DNA from: Candidatus Marinacidobacterales bacterium
Lineage (GTDB): Bacteria; Acidobacteriota; Vicinamibacteria; Marinacidobacterales; DATDRI01
Assembly: GCA_965219415.1 (NCBI GenBank)
Contig: OZ244742.1
Span: forward strand, 1,408,001 to 1,472,000
Direction: 5' to 3'
DNA: 64,000 bases
Part shown: one piece after another, positions 21,679-32,311 of the stretch
Layout of the letters: the number at the start of each line of letters is the position of its first letter
How positions within the stretch are numbered: position 1 is the first letter of the stretch
Position numbers and translations under genes: made by a program
The notes under the pieces: generated by a model
Databases searched by the model: none
Seen by the model: the letters and a program-made list of their open reading frames with translations, nothing else
Told to the model about the DNA's origin: nothing

Positions 21679-23475
21679 TCAACTGGTCGACATGTCAGGC
21701 TTTCCGTTTCCGTCTGCTTCGGACTCTGGTAGCTCCGGCCGAACCCTAATCGTTCGGTATTGACCAATGCGAACCGTTCCAGGAGGGGCCGCTGGTATCT
21801 TCCTTACGTTTTTCCGAGGACAGTAGTGAACTTCCACCGCAGTGGAACCGCGGCCTTTGCTCAGATACGCAGCCACCGCCGCCGCTTGCTCGATCTGTTC
21901 GCCCTCGGAGATTCCACTCGTCGGCCGGCGCAACACGACGTGTGCCCCCGCCATCCCTGCGGCGTGAAACCAAAGCTCGTCTGGACGAGCGATCCCGAAC
22001 GTCAGCTCTTCGTTGGATCGTGCCGAACGCCCGGCCAGGACGATCGCCCCTCCCGGTAGTCGAAAACGTCGCGGCTCGAGCCTGCCTTCGGAGCGCGTCC
22101 GCTTCACTCGACCTTTGGGCGTTCCGGCCACCGGTCGCGTCGAGCGCGACAATCCAAGCAGGCCCGCCTCACGCATCTCCTGCACCAGCAGCGCGAGGGC
22201 GTCGCCCCCGGCCGCGTCTCGGAGGCCGAGTTCGAGTGTCTCCAAGTAGTCAATCTCCCCCGTCGTCTTTCCGATGCGTTTGTCTAGCGAGGCTCGGCTC
22301 CGCTCCGTTTTGCGAGCACGGCCGAAGTAGCGACGTGCGTTCCGCGGCAGATCGAAACGGGGATCGACGGGGACTCGCACCATCGGTAGATCCGGGTGAT
22401 AGGGGTCGGGAACGATGACTTCTCCGTCGGCACGCTGCGCCTGGTGGAGACCGGCAAGCAGCAGCTCACCCCAACGCCTAAGCTGATCTGGATCCTGAAG
22501 GCTGTCTCGCTCCCGTTCCAAACGATCTTTCAGTTTCCCGACTTTCTTCATCCGGCGCCTTAGGGCACCCATCCCTTCGAGGTAAAGGCGGCGCGCGGTA
22601 CCGAGTTCGAAGGATTGCGTGACGAAGGCCGCCGCCGTTTCGTTGCAATCCGAGAATTGGCTCGCCGATCGCCCGGTTTGAGACGATAGCGAAATCGGAG
22701 ATACCACCAGCGACGGTGCGTTTCGCTCGAAATCATGGGAAGAAGGGGAAAAAAGCATCGGGTGAGGAGCTACACTTAATTTCTCGACGATCTCTGCGAA
22801 GGCCGACTCAAGAGAGGCTCCGTCGTCAACCATGGCATTCATCTCCCTGACCAACATCGGGCTGAGCCCGCTCGCGCAACTAAGCGCGCGAGATTCTTTG
22901 AGGCCTTGACTCCGCGCCTCCGCCAGTCGCTCGGCGAAATCCTCGGGGCTGGTCGCGACGGGTCGCGATCCGGGAGGCGGTTCGAGACTTTTGAAGGTCT
23001 CGCCCGAGACCAGGCGCGGTGTGCCCGGGCTGACGACCTCCAGTACTTCGCGACTCTCGGAATCCACGAGAAACGCACCGGTTCTGGTCCCCGGCCACTC
23101 AAGAATCAACTTGAGGGTCCGTTCGGCTCCACTCGCTTTCGTGTACTGCCAATCGAGCGTCACTACCCGATCCAGGGATGCAGCTTCGATGTGTATCACG
23201 GAGGCTCCGGCGAGAAGTTTTTTGAATCGAGCCTGCCCAACTTGACGGACCTGACCGAGCCGACCGGCCGTTCCATCCGGGCGCCCCGGTGGTCGTCCCA
23301 GGTAGAAGCCAGGCGCTTGCGGCGAGAGGCCCACCACGAGATCGCGGCCGCGCTTTGTCCCAAGTTGGATCGTGAAGCCCAAGCCGGCATCCCAGGGATT
23401 GTGACTTCTTGCGCGCCGTCCGACCAGTTGGGGCGCCACCTCGCGCACCAACGCTCTCAAGAAGAAACGGTCCAT
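21679..23475 (-). CDS. rqcH: NFACT/RqcH-family ribosome quality-control protein
   Basis: LDRVV N-domain, NARRYF coiled coil, NFACT-R motifs GRSARSNEELT, WFHA...GAHVV. Confidence 0.8.
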   Translation of the reverse strand: MDRFFLRALVREVAPQLVGRRARSHNPWDAGLGFTIQLGTKRGRDLVVGLSPQAPGFYLGRPPGRPDGTAGRLGQVRQVGQARFKKLLAGASVIHIEAASLDRVVTLDWQYTKASGAERTLKLILEWPGTRTGAFLVDSESREVLEVVSPGTPRLVSGETFKSLEPPPGSRPVATSPEDFAERLAEARSQGLKESRALSCASGLSPMLVREMNAMVDDGASLESAFAEIVEKLSVAPHPMLFSPSSHDFERNAPSLVVSPISLSSQTGRSASQFSDCNETAAAFVTQSFELGTARRLYLEGMGALRRRMKKVGKLKDRLERERDSLQDPDQLRRWGELLLAGLHQAQRADGEVIVPDPYHPDLPMVRVPVDPRFDLPRNARRYFGRARKTERSRASLDKRIGKTTGEIDYLETLELGLRDAAGGDALALLVQEMREAGLLGLSRSTRPVAGTPKGRVKRTRSEGRLEPRRFRLPGGAIVLAGRSARSNEELTFGIARPDELWFHAAGMAGAHVVLRRPTSGISEGEQIEQAAAVAAYLSKGRGSTAVEVHYCPRKNVRKIPAAPPGTVRIGQYRTIRVRPELPESEADGNGKPDMSTS

Positions 23476-23517
23476 AGCTCGTGAGGAATGTAGTGAAGAA
23501 CCGGAACGTGGAGCCGG

Positions 23518-24597
23518 TCAGATGCGAACGACCTTGGTGGAAGCGAGTCGATCGTGCCAAGCACGTCTTCCGATGTCGCTCCACAACCCAACAAACCCGG
23601 CGCCGAGCGGAAGTATCGAGAGGCCTACGCCCAAGGTTCTAACAAAGGCTCGCCCGAAACCGAGAGGCTGGCCAAGCGGATCCACCACCCGCGAGCTGGT
23701 CAACAGTTTCCCCATCGTTTGCCCGGAAAGACTCCAAAAAAATAAGAAATACCCCGCCGCCAAAAGGAATCCAACACAGCCCAAGGCGGCAACCGCCGGT
23801 CCGGGCAGCGCTCTTAGAGGTTGACCGACGAGATTCGTCGATAGGTAGGCCAATCCCAGAAGGAGCAGGCTGAGGAAACCGACATCGATGAAGCCGGCCA
23901 AGAGCCTTTCGGCGGGTGAAGCAAGCTCGAAGTGCTCAATCGTGTCGCTGCCGATGCTGGGCCGACGCGACAGTCTGATCTCGCCCGGGTCTTGAGGCAC
24001 CATTGGAGCATCGGGCAGCTCCACGTCCAACGTCGCGGCGGCGGAGGAGGTGGATCCGCCTAGCCGGTCAGGCTGTTCAGCTTGCCTAGCCGGCCCCTCC
24101 CCCGCGTGGATCCCCACCTCACCCGCGTCGACCATGGCCCGGACCCGGTTTCTGGGTTGCGAGAGTTTCTGCTCGACGCGGGCACGAATCTCCGCCCTCC
24201 GCTGGCGAACGCGGTCCTTTTGTTGATCGGCCTCACTGACCGACCCGCTTCGGCCGGCGTCATTTGTCTCGCCGAAGATGGTCAGCTGTCGTGCGACTTG
24301 CTCTCGCTGAGCTTGCTGCTGCTTGCGAAGCTCCTTCCGCCGTTGGACCGTCTCTCGGATTTGCTGGCGCCAATCAGAATCAATGTGCTCGGCAGGATCG
24401 GCAACGTGTCCCGGCTGCTCCGCATAGGCTGGCCTCATGGGCTGCATCGTGTGGACCGACGGTCTGGCTTCCCTTGCGGGTCGAGTCCTCTCGACGTGGC
24501 CGACATGGCCCAGATGAGCCACCCGGCTCGGAGATCCGCACTGAGGACATACACCCTTTGCAGGGTCGATCTCGGATTGACATCTCGGACAGGTCAA
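23518..24597 (-). CDS. Zinc-ribbon + RDD-family membrane protein
   Basis: CPRC...CPQC N-terminus; RLLAGFID, GQTMGK, WHDRLAST RDD motifs. Confidence 0.85.
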   Translation of the reverse strand: MTCPRCQSEIDPAKGVCPQCGSPSRVAHLGHVGHVERTRPAREARPSVHTMQPMRPAYAEQPGHVADPAEHIDSDWRQQIRETVQRRKELRKQQQAQREQVARQLTIFGETNDAGRSGSVSEADQQKDRVRQRRAEIRARVEQKLSQPRNRVRAMVDAGEVGIHAGEGPARQAEQPDRLGGSTSSAAATLDVELPDAPMVPQDPGEIRLSRRPSIGSDTIEHFELASPAERLLAGFIDVGFLSLLLLGLAYLSTNLVGQPLRALPGPAVAALGCVGFLLAAGYFLFFWSLSGQTMGKLLTSSRVVDPLGQPLGFGRAFVRTLGVGLSILPLGAGFVGLWSDIGRRAWHDRLASTKVVRI

Positions 24598-24598
24598 A

Positions 24599-25621
24599 TC
24601 ACTCTCCTTTGGGGCTTCGGACAATCTGAACAAGGGGTTCCGCCGTGACGGAGCCTCGCAGCAACCGTTCTTCAATCCTGAGGATGAGACTTCGCGCTTC
24701 TTCGAAGTTGGGGCTCCCCCGTTCTACTCGAGCAAGCTCGCCCAGAGCTTCGCGGTAGAAGCCTTTCCCATGAAGCCGAGCTCCGTTGAAGTAGTGAAGC
24801 TCCGACAGCGCCGGCAGGCTCGGCAGAGCTCGGGGATCGGCTGGCCCGGAGTTCGGCGGCGCGTTGGGTCCCGAGCCGAGTGAGGTCGAGCCTAGGCCAT
24901 CGCTCACCAGGAAGTCCCAATTCAGATGCAGATAGAGTGCCCCTGCGGCGAACAGACAAAGTGCGCTGAACAGGAAAGCCGCCATCTTGAGGGGCGATGC
25001 GGGCTCGGCCTCGATTGCGGGCTTGACCACTACCCGCCTACGCCGGCTCTTTTCGATCTCGCCGTCTTCCGGTGGCTTCCCGGCAACCGTCCCGGCGCGG
25101 GCCTCGCCACGTCGCTCTTGTTCTTCTATCTTCTCTAACAGACTGCGCCCCTCCGCGTGGCGTGGGTCGAGGGACAATACTTTGGTGAGTCGCTGCTGTG
25201 CTCCGCGCCGATCCCCGGTGGCCTCGCGCCGAGCCGCTTCCAGCACCAAGGCATCCAGCTCTCGCTGTCGTTCTGCGATCACTCGCTTTGCTCTACCTAT
25301 GGCGTCACGAGCCGCCCGGTTGTTCCGATCTAAGAAAAGTATGCGAGTCCATACGTGAATGGCCTGCTGGAGGCGCCCATGGCGGAAGAGGTCCCGCCCC
25401 TGCTGGAGGAGTCCGCCTATCTTGTGCTGCGCCTCATGACGGTCGGGAGTAGCCTTCTCGTCTGGCTCGTGAAGATTGTCAGGCTCGTCAAGATTGTCAG
25501 GCCGATCCGGTCCGCTCAGAACGCTATCGTCTCCACCGACGCCGTCACTCCTGGCACTATTCGCGGGATCGCTAGGTGCGGAGCCGCCGCTGAAACGAGC
25601 CCCACCATCGTTGTTTTTCAT
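24599..25621 (-). CDS. Single-pass TPR-containing membrane protein
   Basis: QAIHVWTRILFLD TPR, one TM, C-terminal TPR-like helix; 5' end uncertain. Confidence 0.7.
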   Translation of the reverse strand: MKNNDGGARFSGGSAPSDPANSARSDGVGGDDSVLSGPDRPDNLDEPDNLHEPDEKATPDRHEAQHKIGGLLQQGRDLFRHGRLQQAIHVWTRILFLDRNNRAARDAIGRAKRVIAERQRELDALVLEAARREATGDRRGAQQRLTKVLSLDPRHAEGRSLLEKIEEQERRGEARAGTVAGKPPEDGEIEKSRRRRVVVKPAIEAEPASPLKMAAFLFSALCLFAAGALYLHLNWDFLVSDGLGSTSLGSGPNAPPNSGPADPRALPSLPALSELHYFNGARLHGKGFYREALGELARVERGSPNFEEARSLILRIEERLLRGSVTAEPLVQIVRSPKGE

Positions 25622-26068
25622 CGACTCCGCTCTAGAGTGCCACTAAGTGCCTTCAACCTCTTCATCGGGCGCCATCGCGGAACACCGGGGGCACCAGACG
25701 TAGGTAATCCCACCCCAGCTTTTCTGACTGGGGGACCGATCCGCGACCACCATGATACACCTACCCCATTGTGATAATGATACATACAACAGTAAGTGCA
25801 TCTAGGTCAAGCACTTTTGCGGACGACTCCGAGGAGAGGACCGACTCCAACTCCCCTCCCGCGGGCCAGGGCTGCCCCCCAGGCGGAGCCGACATGACGC
25901 GCTCGATCGACTTTGGAGGGCACAAACTGCTCGACAGCCGAACTCGGAAACCAACGGGGAAGTAAAGACTATTCCCGTCCCGAGCGTCTAGTGCGGCTCC
26001 AACTAGACTCGCGGCACCAACAGAGACCTTGGCCAATCGCGCTTTGGGCGAATCAGGTGGATACGGCA

Positions 26069-27445
26069 CTAGCCGTCATCCTCGGTCTTGTACGGGGCGA
26101 TGCCGTACGACTTCATCTTTCGATACAGATGGGAGCGCTCGAGCCTGAGGGCCTCCGCGGCCTTCGAGACATTCCCGGCGTTCTCGCGTAGCTTTCGTTG
26201 AATGTATTGGCTCTCATACGCTTCTCGCGCAGCGGCTAGCGAAGGAAAATCCCCGTGCAAATCGAAATGTGACGGACCGTTCTGCTGTAGAGGCGTCGGG
26301 AGATCCTTCGTCTCGATGCGTTCCGACGGGACCATGATCACCAGCCGCTCGATGACGTTCTTCAGCTCTCGCACGTTGCCTGGCCAATGGTAGCCCACCA
26401 AACGTTCTAGGGCGGCCGATGCGATCTCTTTCCGCCTTTTGCCGTTCTCGTCGGAGAACTCGGCGACGAAGTGACGCGCAAGGGCGGGAATATCTTCACG
26501 TCGCTCCCGGAGCGGTGCCATTTGGAATGGGATCACGTTCAGCCGAAAGAACAGGTCTTCGCGGAAACGACCCTCCTTGATTTCCTCTTCCAGCTTCTTG
26601 TTGGTGGCGGCGATCACGCGGCAATCGACCTCGACAAAATGTGTGCCACCAACCCGCTCGAATTTTTGCTCCTGCAACACACGAAGTACTTTGGCCTGCG
26701 TTTTCAAACTCATGTCACCGACTTCGTCTAAGAACAAGGTCCCGCCATCGGCCAGCTCGAACTTCCCGTTCCTGTCGCTTACCGCACCCGTGAAAGCACC
26801 TTTAACGTGTCCAAAGAGCTCACTCTCAATCAGCTCCTCCGGGATAGCGGCGCAGTTGACCTCCATGAATTTTTGATCAGCGCGCAACGACTGGCTGTGA
26901 ATAGAGCGGGCGACCAACTCCTTCCCAGTTCCGTTCTCGCCGAAGATCAGCACGCGGCCGTTGGTGGGCGCGGCGAGCGAAATCTCCCGTCTGAGCTCGC
27001 GCATAGGAGGGCTATCACCGATGAGAACGTGTTTGCTCTCGAATCGCTCCCGCAAGTAACGGTTCTCTTGCTCCAAACTGCGATGCTTGAGTGCATTCTT
27101 GATGACGATGACCGTCTTCTCCAATGACAGAGGCTTCTCGACGAAATCGTAGGCCCCTAGTTTGATGGCCTTCACAGCCGTCTCGATAGTTCCGTGACCG
27201 GAGATCATGACCGTCGCGACGTCCCGCCTCTTCTCGCTAATCTTCTCGAGCGCCTCCACACCGTCCATCTGGGGGAGCCAAACATCCAGGATGACTAGAT
27301 CGAAAGAATCTTTTTCCAGGTGGGCTAGCCCCTCCTCGGCACTGGAAACCGTATCCACACTGTAGCCTTCGTCCTCCAAGACGCCTTTCAAGGAGCTGCG
27401 GACCCCGGCCTCGTCGTCCACGACCAAGATGCGTTCCCTAGCCAT
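26069..27445 (-). CDS. Sigma54-dependent response regulator (NtrX-like)
   Basis: REC domain (VVDDE, LDVWLP), ESELFGH..GAFTGA, WPGNVRELKN, Fis-type HTH. Confidence 0.92.
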   Translation of the reverse strand: MARERILVVDDEAGVRSSLKGVLEDEGYSVDTVSSAEEGLAHLEKDSFDLVILDVWLPQMDGVEALEKISEKRRDVATVMISGHGTIETAVKAIKLGAYDFVEKPLSLEKTVIVIKNALKHRSLEQENRYLRERFESKHVLIGDSPPMRELRREISLAAPTNGRVLIFGENGTGKELVARSIHSQSLRADQKFMEVNCAAIPEELIESELFGHVKGAFTGAVSDRNGKFELADGGTLFLDEVGDMSLKTQAKVLRVLQEQKFERVGGTHFVEVDCRVIAATNKKLEEEIKEGRFREDLFFRLNVIPFQMAPLRERREDIPALARHFVAEFSDENGKRRKEIASAALERLVGYHWPGNVRELKNVIERLVIMVPSERIETKDLPTPLQQNGPSHFDLHGDFPSLAAAREAYESQYIQRKLRENAGNVSKAAEALRLERSHLYRKMKSYGIAPYKTEDDG

Positions 27446-27448
27446 CGA

Positions 27449-29689
27449 TCAGGTGACGGCGCCGACCGGACGTTCGGCGATGGGGAACTCGAGAATGAAA
27501 CGGGAGCCACAGGGCTCGTTGTTTTCCACCCGGATCCGCCCTCGGTGCTCGGCTACGATGCGGCTCACAATGGCCAAGCCCAGACCGCTTCCGCGACGCT
27601 TGGTTGAGTAATAAGGGACGAACAACTTGTCGCGAGCCTCGATAGGAATGCCTGGGCCGTCGTCTGCGATCTCGACGAGGACGACATGGGCCTCTGCATC
27701 GTATGAGGTAGCGACCAACACGTGCCCCTTGCCGGAGGTGGCCTCGATGGCATTGTCGATGATGTTGATGAACACCCGACGGATAAGGTCGGGATCCAAG
27801 CTCACCTCGGGGAGGTCGAGCGCGAAGCGCTTCTCGATGGTGAGCCCTTTGAACAAACCGTCGTACAACTCGAGCGTTGCGTGCAATAGTGGCTGGAGCG
27901 GTTGGCGTCGCGTCGAGACCGTCGGCATTCGCGCAAACTGCGAGAATTCATCGACCAAGCTCTTGAGCGAGTCGACCTCCTCGATGATCGTCCCCGTGCA
28001 CTCCTCAACGATTCGGGGAAGCTCGGCCGTCTTGGAACGAACGTGCTTGCGGATTCGTTGCGCGGAGAGCTGAATCGGAGTCAGCGGGTTCTTGATCTCG
28101 TGGGCCAACCGTCGCGCCACCTCCCGCCAAGCTGCCACTTTCTGCGCACGTAGGAGCTGCGTCAGGTCATCCAGCACCATGAGGAGTCCAGTCGGCTCGC
28201 CGGAAGCCCCAGTAAGCGTCGTCAGATAAACCGCGAGATGAAGCTCTCGGCCGCCCACGACGACATTCACTTCCTCTTCCCGGGCACGGTGACCGTCGCC
28301 CTCCATTCCTTCCATCAAGGGTTGAAGCTCGGTGAGCCCCTCCCCACCGAACACATCGCGGTGGTGCCGCCCCACGACGTTCTCATCGAGCTCTAACATT
28401 CGGAGCGCCGCAGGGTTAACGGTGGTCAAGATTCCGTCTCGGTTCATCGACACGATTCCGGTGGTGATATTCTCTAGCACGGTCTCGATGTACCGCCGGC
28501 GTCGTTCGACTTCGGAGTTTTTGACCCGGAGATCGTGGCCCGACTTTTCCAATCGTTCCTGACTGGCCTTGAGCTGCGCAGTCATCTTATTGAAAGACTC
28601 CATGAGCATCCCGAGCTCGTCCACCGCGGGTCCTGATACCGGATGGTCCAAGTCGCCAGCCATGATCCGTTCCGTCGCTTCGGCCAGCTCGCGTACCGGC
28701 ACGGTAATACGCTTAGCCAAGTAGAGGCCGATCCAGGTCGACGAAAAGAGAACCAATAGCGAGACCATGACGAAAAAGGACAGGAACAAATCTTGGATCG
28801 GTTCTTTCTGTGCTTCCGCTTGACGGTAATCGTTGGCGCGATCGTTGACAAGGTTCAACGTGGTGGCTAACGACTTCGGAATGTAGTGAGAGACTACTAC
28901 CGCGCCGACCACCTCTTCGGTCCAGGCTCCGTAAATCGGTGACACGTAGCGAACGAGCGCCCCGCCCCCGAGCGCATCCTGGTGCAATCTCTCTTCCCCG
29001 CGGAATCCGATCTCTGCCAAACGAATCGAAGAGTCGGGATTGTAATCACTCAATGGAAGCCCCGGATGCACCAGGGTGGCGAGCTCGCCTTCCACGGAGA
29101 AGACATTGATCATATCCAAGCGGTATTGAGTTAACCGGCTCTCCATCGTTTGAAAGAGCTGACGCACCCTATTGGGTGAAAGCAAGCCCCGGCGTGATGT
29201 CTCGTTGGAGAGTTTACGCGCATAGAACGTCGCGCTTTCCTGCTTTTCGCGGTAGTAACTTTCCACGACGTCCTGAGAACCCAACAAGACGGTTTCTACG
29301 GGCTGGTTGAACCAAAGTTCCACACTGGTGGAAATAAGTCGGCTCCCGACCAGAATGATCAATGCGGACGGAAAAAGCGCAAAGCCGACGAAGATCATCA
29401 CCAGCTTGGTCTTGAATTTGGCTCCCAGTACTGCGCGACGCCTCTCGATGAAGAGCTTGATGAGGTTTCTGGCCAAAACGAAAACCAGAACTAGCAACAT
29501 GGTGAGATTTACCACCGTGAAACCGTACAGAAACACGCGTGCTAGGAAACTGGGTGAAAAGGACTGTGATTTCCCAATCAGGTAGGTACTAACAATGGGT
29601 ATGGCGGCTAGCAGAGCCACCGCAGCCGTGAGTAGGCGCGGGTTGTCCTTGAACTCCTTCTTGCCGGTGGGTGGGCCAAGGCTCGCCAT
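27449..29689 (-). CDS. NtrY-like HAMP-PAS sensor histidine kinase
   Basis: Multiple TMs, AAWREVARRLAHEIKNPLTPIQLSA H-box, DDGPG, GSGLGL. Confidence 0.92.
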   Translation of the reverse strand: MASLGPPTGKKEFKDNPRLLTAAVALLAAIPIVSTYLIGKSQSFSPSFLARVFLYGFTVVNLTMLLVLVFVLARNLIKLFIERRRAVLGAKFKTKLVMIFVGFALFPSALIILVGSRLISTSVELWFNQPVETVLLGSQDVVESYYREKQESATFYARKLSNETSRRGLLSPNRVRQLFQTMESRLTQYRLDMINVFSVEGELATLVHPGLPLSDYNPDSSIRLAEIGFRGEERLHQDALGGGALVRYVSPIYGAWTEEVVGAVVVSHYIPKSLATTLNLVNDRANDYRQAEAQKEPIQDLFLSFFVMVSLLVLFSSTWIGLYLAKRITVPVRELAEATERIMAGDLDHPVSGPAVDELGMLMESFNKMTAQLKASQERLEKSGHDLRVKNSEVERRRRYIETVLENITTGIVSMNRDGILTTVNPAALRMLELDENVVGRHHRDVFGGEGLTELQPLMEGMEGDGHRAREEEVNVVVGGRELHLAVYLTTLTGASGEPTGLLMVLDDLTQLLRAQKVAAWREVARRLAHEIKNPLTPIQLSAQRIRKHVRSKTAELPRIVEECTGTIIEEVDSLKSLVDEFSQFARMPTVSTRRQPLQPLLHATLELYDGLFKGLTIEKRFALDLPEVSLDPDLIRRVFINIIDNAIEATSGKGHVLVATSYDAEAHVVLVEIADDGPGIPIEARDKLFVPYYSTKRRGSGLGLAIVSRIVAEHRGRIRVENNEPCGSRFILEFPIAERPVGAVT

Positions 29690-29702
29690 GGTCGCGGGTC
29701 GA

Positions 29703-30272
29703 CTACGGCAGGTAGGTGAAGTACGTTTTCACCCAACCAGAATCCTGATCCCAAGGAATGACTAGGAAGAGATTGCGTTCTTTCACTAGCCCTTTCGCAC
29801 GTAGATAATAATCGCTATTCGGCTCCAAGAGCGAAACGTCGAAAAGCTCGAGACCGTCCACCACGGTCATGAAACGCATCATCTCACTCGTATCGGCGAC
29901 GACCGCTGTTGCGACGATTTCACCGTCGATGTCCCTGGAGAGAGTATAGCGTTCGGTGAGGTTGTCGTACGTAACCGTGTTGGTGATCTTTCTGGTATGA
30001 ACTTTCTGGTTGAACCAAATGGTTCGGACCTTTTTGAGCTGCACCTCGAAGCGAAAGCTGACCTGTAATCCACTCTCGATCGACCGGCCGATGTCTTCAT
30101 TGAACACATCGGCCATTCGAAACGTAACGGAGATCTTGTCGTTCTTGATCAGCAGGCTCAGGTTCGTGAGCTCGGCCGCCGTAGCGGGTGCTTGACCCGC
30201 CACGATGATCCCCAGCGCGAGAAGTGCACGGCGCACTCGGCCGCCCATAAGATGCGATGGTACAGTAGTCAC
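29703..30272 (-). CDS. DUF4390-like exported protein
   Basis: Signal peptide, YDNLTERY motif, position directly upstream of the NtrY-like kinase. Confidence 0.75.
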   Translation of the reverse strand: MTTVPSHLMGGRVRRALLALGIIVAGQAPATAAELTNLSLLIKNDKISVTFRMADVFNEDIGRSIESGLQVSFRFEVQLKKVRTIWFNQKVHTRKITNTVTYDNLTERYTLSRDIDGEIVATAVVADTSEMMRFMTVVDGLELFDVSLLEPNSDYYLRAKGLVKERNLFLVIPWDQDSGWVKTYFTYLP

Positions 30273-30299
30273 AATGAGAGCACAACTTCATTCGATCGC

Positions 30300-30767
30300 T
30301 TACCCCTCCTTTTCCGTTGTGTCCAAGAGTCCTCGAATAGTCTCTACGAACTCGTGGGCATCTTTGAAGTGTCGGTATACCGAGGCGAACCGAACATAGG
30401 CCACTTGGTCCAAACCCTGCAGCTCCGTCATAACGAACTCACCGATGTTGGTCGTCGAGACTTCCTTGTCTGGACTCTCCTGCAAACTCTGTTCCACGGA
30501 TTCTACGATGCTCTCTAACTTGGTCACCGAGACCGGACGCTTTTCACAGGCCTTGAGAAGCCCATTCAGGATCTTCTCTCGATCGAACCGCTCTCTCCGC
30601 CCATCCTTCTTAACGACCATATACGGGATCTGATCGATCCGTTCATAGCTGGTAAAGCGACGTTTACAACCGAGACACTGGCGACGCCGGCGGATCGCTT
30701 CGCCTTCCTTGCTCTCTCTCGAGTCGACGACTTTGTCTCCTAGGTAGCCGCAGTAAGGACACTTCAC
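30300..30767 (-). CDS. nrdR: Transcriptional repressor NrdR
   Basis: MKCPYC..KVVDSR..IRRRRQC..RFTSYE, ATP cone, VAYVRFASVY. Confidence 0.97.
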   Translation of the reverse strand: MKCPYCGYLGDKVVDSRESKEGEAIRRRRQCLGCKRRFTSYERIDQIPYMVVKKDGRRERFDREKILNGLLKACEKRPVSVTKLESIVESVEQSLQESPDKEVSTTNIGEFVMTELQGLDQVAYVRFASVYRHFKDAHEFVETIRGLLDTTEKEG

Positions 30768-30819
30768 AGCCCCAACCTCCTATCTCGGCGCTCGTCCGGG
30801 CGCCGACCGCTCGAATTTT

Positions 30820-31959
30820 TCAACTAGCCGTCCCCAACCGTCTCACTTCGCTCAAACTCATCCCTTCCCGCACGAAATACACCAGGCCGAGCAGGCTAAC
30901 CGGTATGAACGCGATGGCGTGGCTCGCGAGCGCGATCGCCTTAGCGGTGTTGTCATTGACTCCGAACAGCCAAGTGAGAGCGAGAGCGCACATGTAGTGG
31001 TATCCGCCTACTGCCCCCGGCGTGGGAACAGCCACCCCTACGGTGAGGAAACCAATGACCAAGAACGCACCACCTACGGGGATATCGATGTGGAACGCGC
31101 GGGTTCCCAACCAAAACGCCGACGAGATGTTGAGCCACAACACCAGGGATAATATCCCGGCGCGCGCTAGATTCCCCCGATCGACCAAGACCCCCAGTCC
31201 CTCGCCGAAGCTCTTGACGAACCGAAAGACCGGCCCCGCGAGCCTACGAGGGAGCCTCTCAACACGCGGCTGCAGCCAGGCCAGGGCGGAACCGCCGGAG
31301 CGAACATTGTGGGCGAAGAGGAACATGGCCGCGAGACCGAAGCCGGCAGCCACCGATGCCGTGACACCACCAACCTTGAGAGCGTAGATCGCTTTTTGGC
31401 TTCCTGCCCCGATAGGCGTCGGGCCAAGCATAAGCCAGCTCCCCACGAGAAAGATCACCGTAATCAGATCGAGCACCCGCTCGAGAATAATGGTGGCAAA
31501 CGTGCTCGAGGCGGACAGCCCCTCGCGTCGCGCTAACAGATAGGGCCTCGCGAATTCACCCAGCCGGCCCGGCGGCACCAGAAAGTTAACCATGAAGCCG
31601 ATCACAGTGGTCTCGAAACAAACCCTGAGTCGAGCCGGTCCAATAGGGGCTAAGAGATACCTCCACCGGAACGCACGCACGACGTAGCTCACCATGGTTA
31701 AGGAAATCGCGCCCGCGATGATCCAACCGTTGGCGCCCGCAAAACTGGCCGCGATCGCCGTAAAATCGGCGTCCTTGAGGAAAAACCCGAGGAGGACGAG
31801 ACCGACGAGAGCAAGAGCCACCGATTGGAGCTTACGAGATCCGAGCCATCCGCCTCGAACTGGGGCGGCAGACTCTGTGGAGTCCGCAGAGTGTAGAGGT
31901 TCGGCCGACCCGGCTCCGCCCGCGGGCCCGCTAGGCGCTCCCCCCATCGAATCTGTCAA
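30820..31959 (-). CDS. Lysylphosphatidylglycerol-synthase TM (UPF0104/flippase-like) protein
   Basis: RAFRW, PGRLGEFAR, ERVLD, PTPGAVG motifs; multiple TMs. Confidence 0.85.
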   Translation of the reverse strand: MTDSMGGAPSGPAGGAGSAEPLHSADSTESAAPVRGGWLGSRKLQSVALALVGLVLLGFFLKDADFTAIAASFAGANGWIIAGAISLTMVSYVVRAFRWRYLLAPIGPARLRVCFETTVIGFMVNFLVPPGRLGEFARPYLLARREGLSASSTFATIILERVLDLITVIFLVGSWLMLGPTPIGAGSQKAIYALKVGGVTASVAAGFGLAAMFLFAHNVRSGGSALAWLQPRVERLPRRLAGPVFRFVKSFGEGLGVLVDRGNLARAGILSLVLWLNISSAFWLGTRAFHIDIPVGGAFLVIGFLTVGVAVPTPGAVGGYHYMCALALTWLFGVNDNTAKAIALASHAIAFIPVSLLGLVYFVREGMSLSEVRRLGTAS

Positions 31960-32249
31960 TTCCTCTCCACGAAGCTCGTCGTTCTGTGGGCCGGACCTTC
32001 TCCGTCGTCTTCAAGCAGGCCTCAAGCAGGACCTCATTCACGAGATGAGAGGATTATCTTACTTTTAGCCGGGGAGCGGAATCTACTAGAATAGGCCCGC
32101 AGAAGTCAAACACGGCCAGTAGTTAGAGAAACTCGCCGCGGAACCATCCAACGCCGAAGCCAACATGACACGAGGTAAAGTCTGGCAACCAGACGAGGTA
32201 ACGGACTTACGGCACCGACCGACCCATGGCCAGAAAGGGTTTGAAACAT

Positions 32250-32275
32250 TGAACCTTGTCCACCCACTCTTCGTT
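32250..32275 (+). promoter_or_regulatory. ECF-type promoter, probably autoregulatory
   Basis: TGAACC-N16-CGTT ending 36 nt upstream of the ECF sigma start. Confidence 0.6.
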
Positions 32276-32311
32276 TTACCCGGTGAGTAGGGGCGACGGG
32301 GAGTAGGGTTT

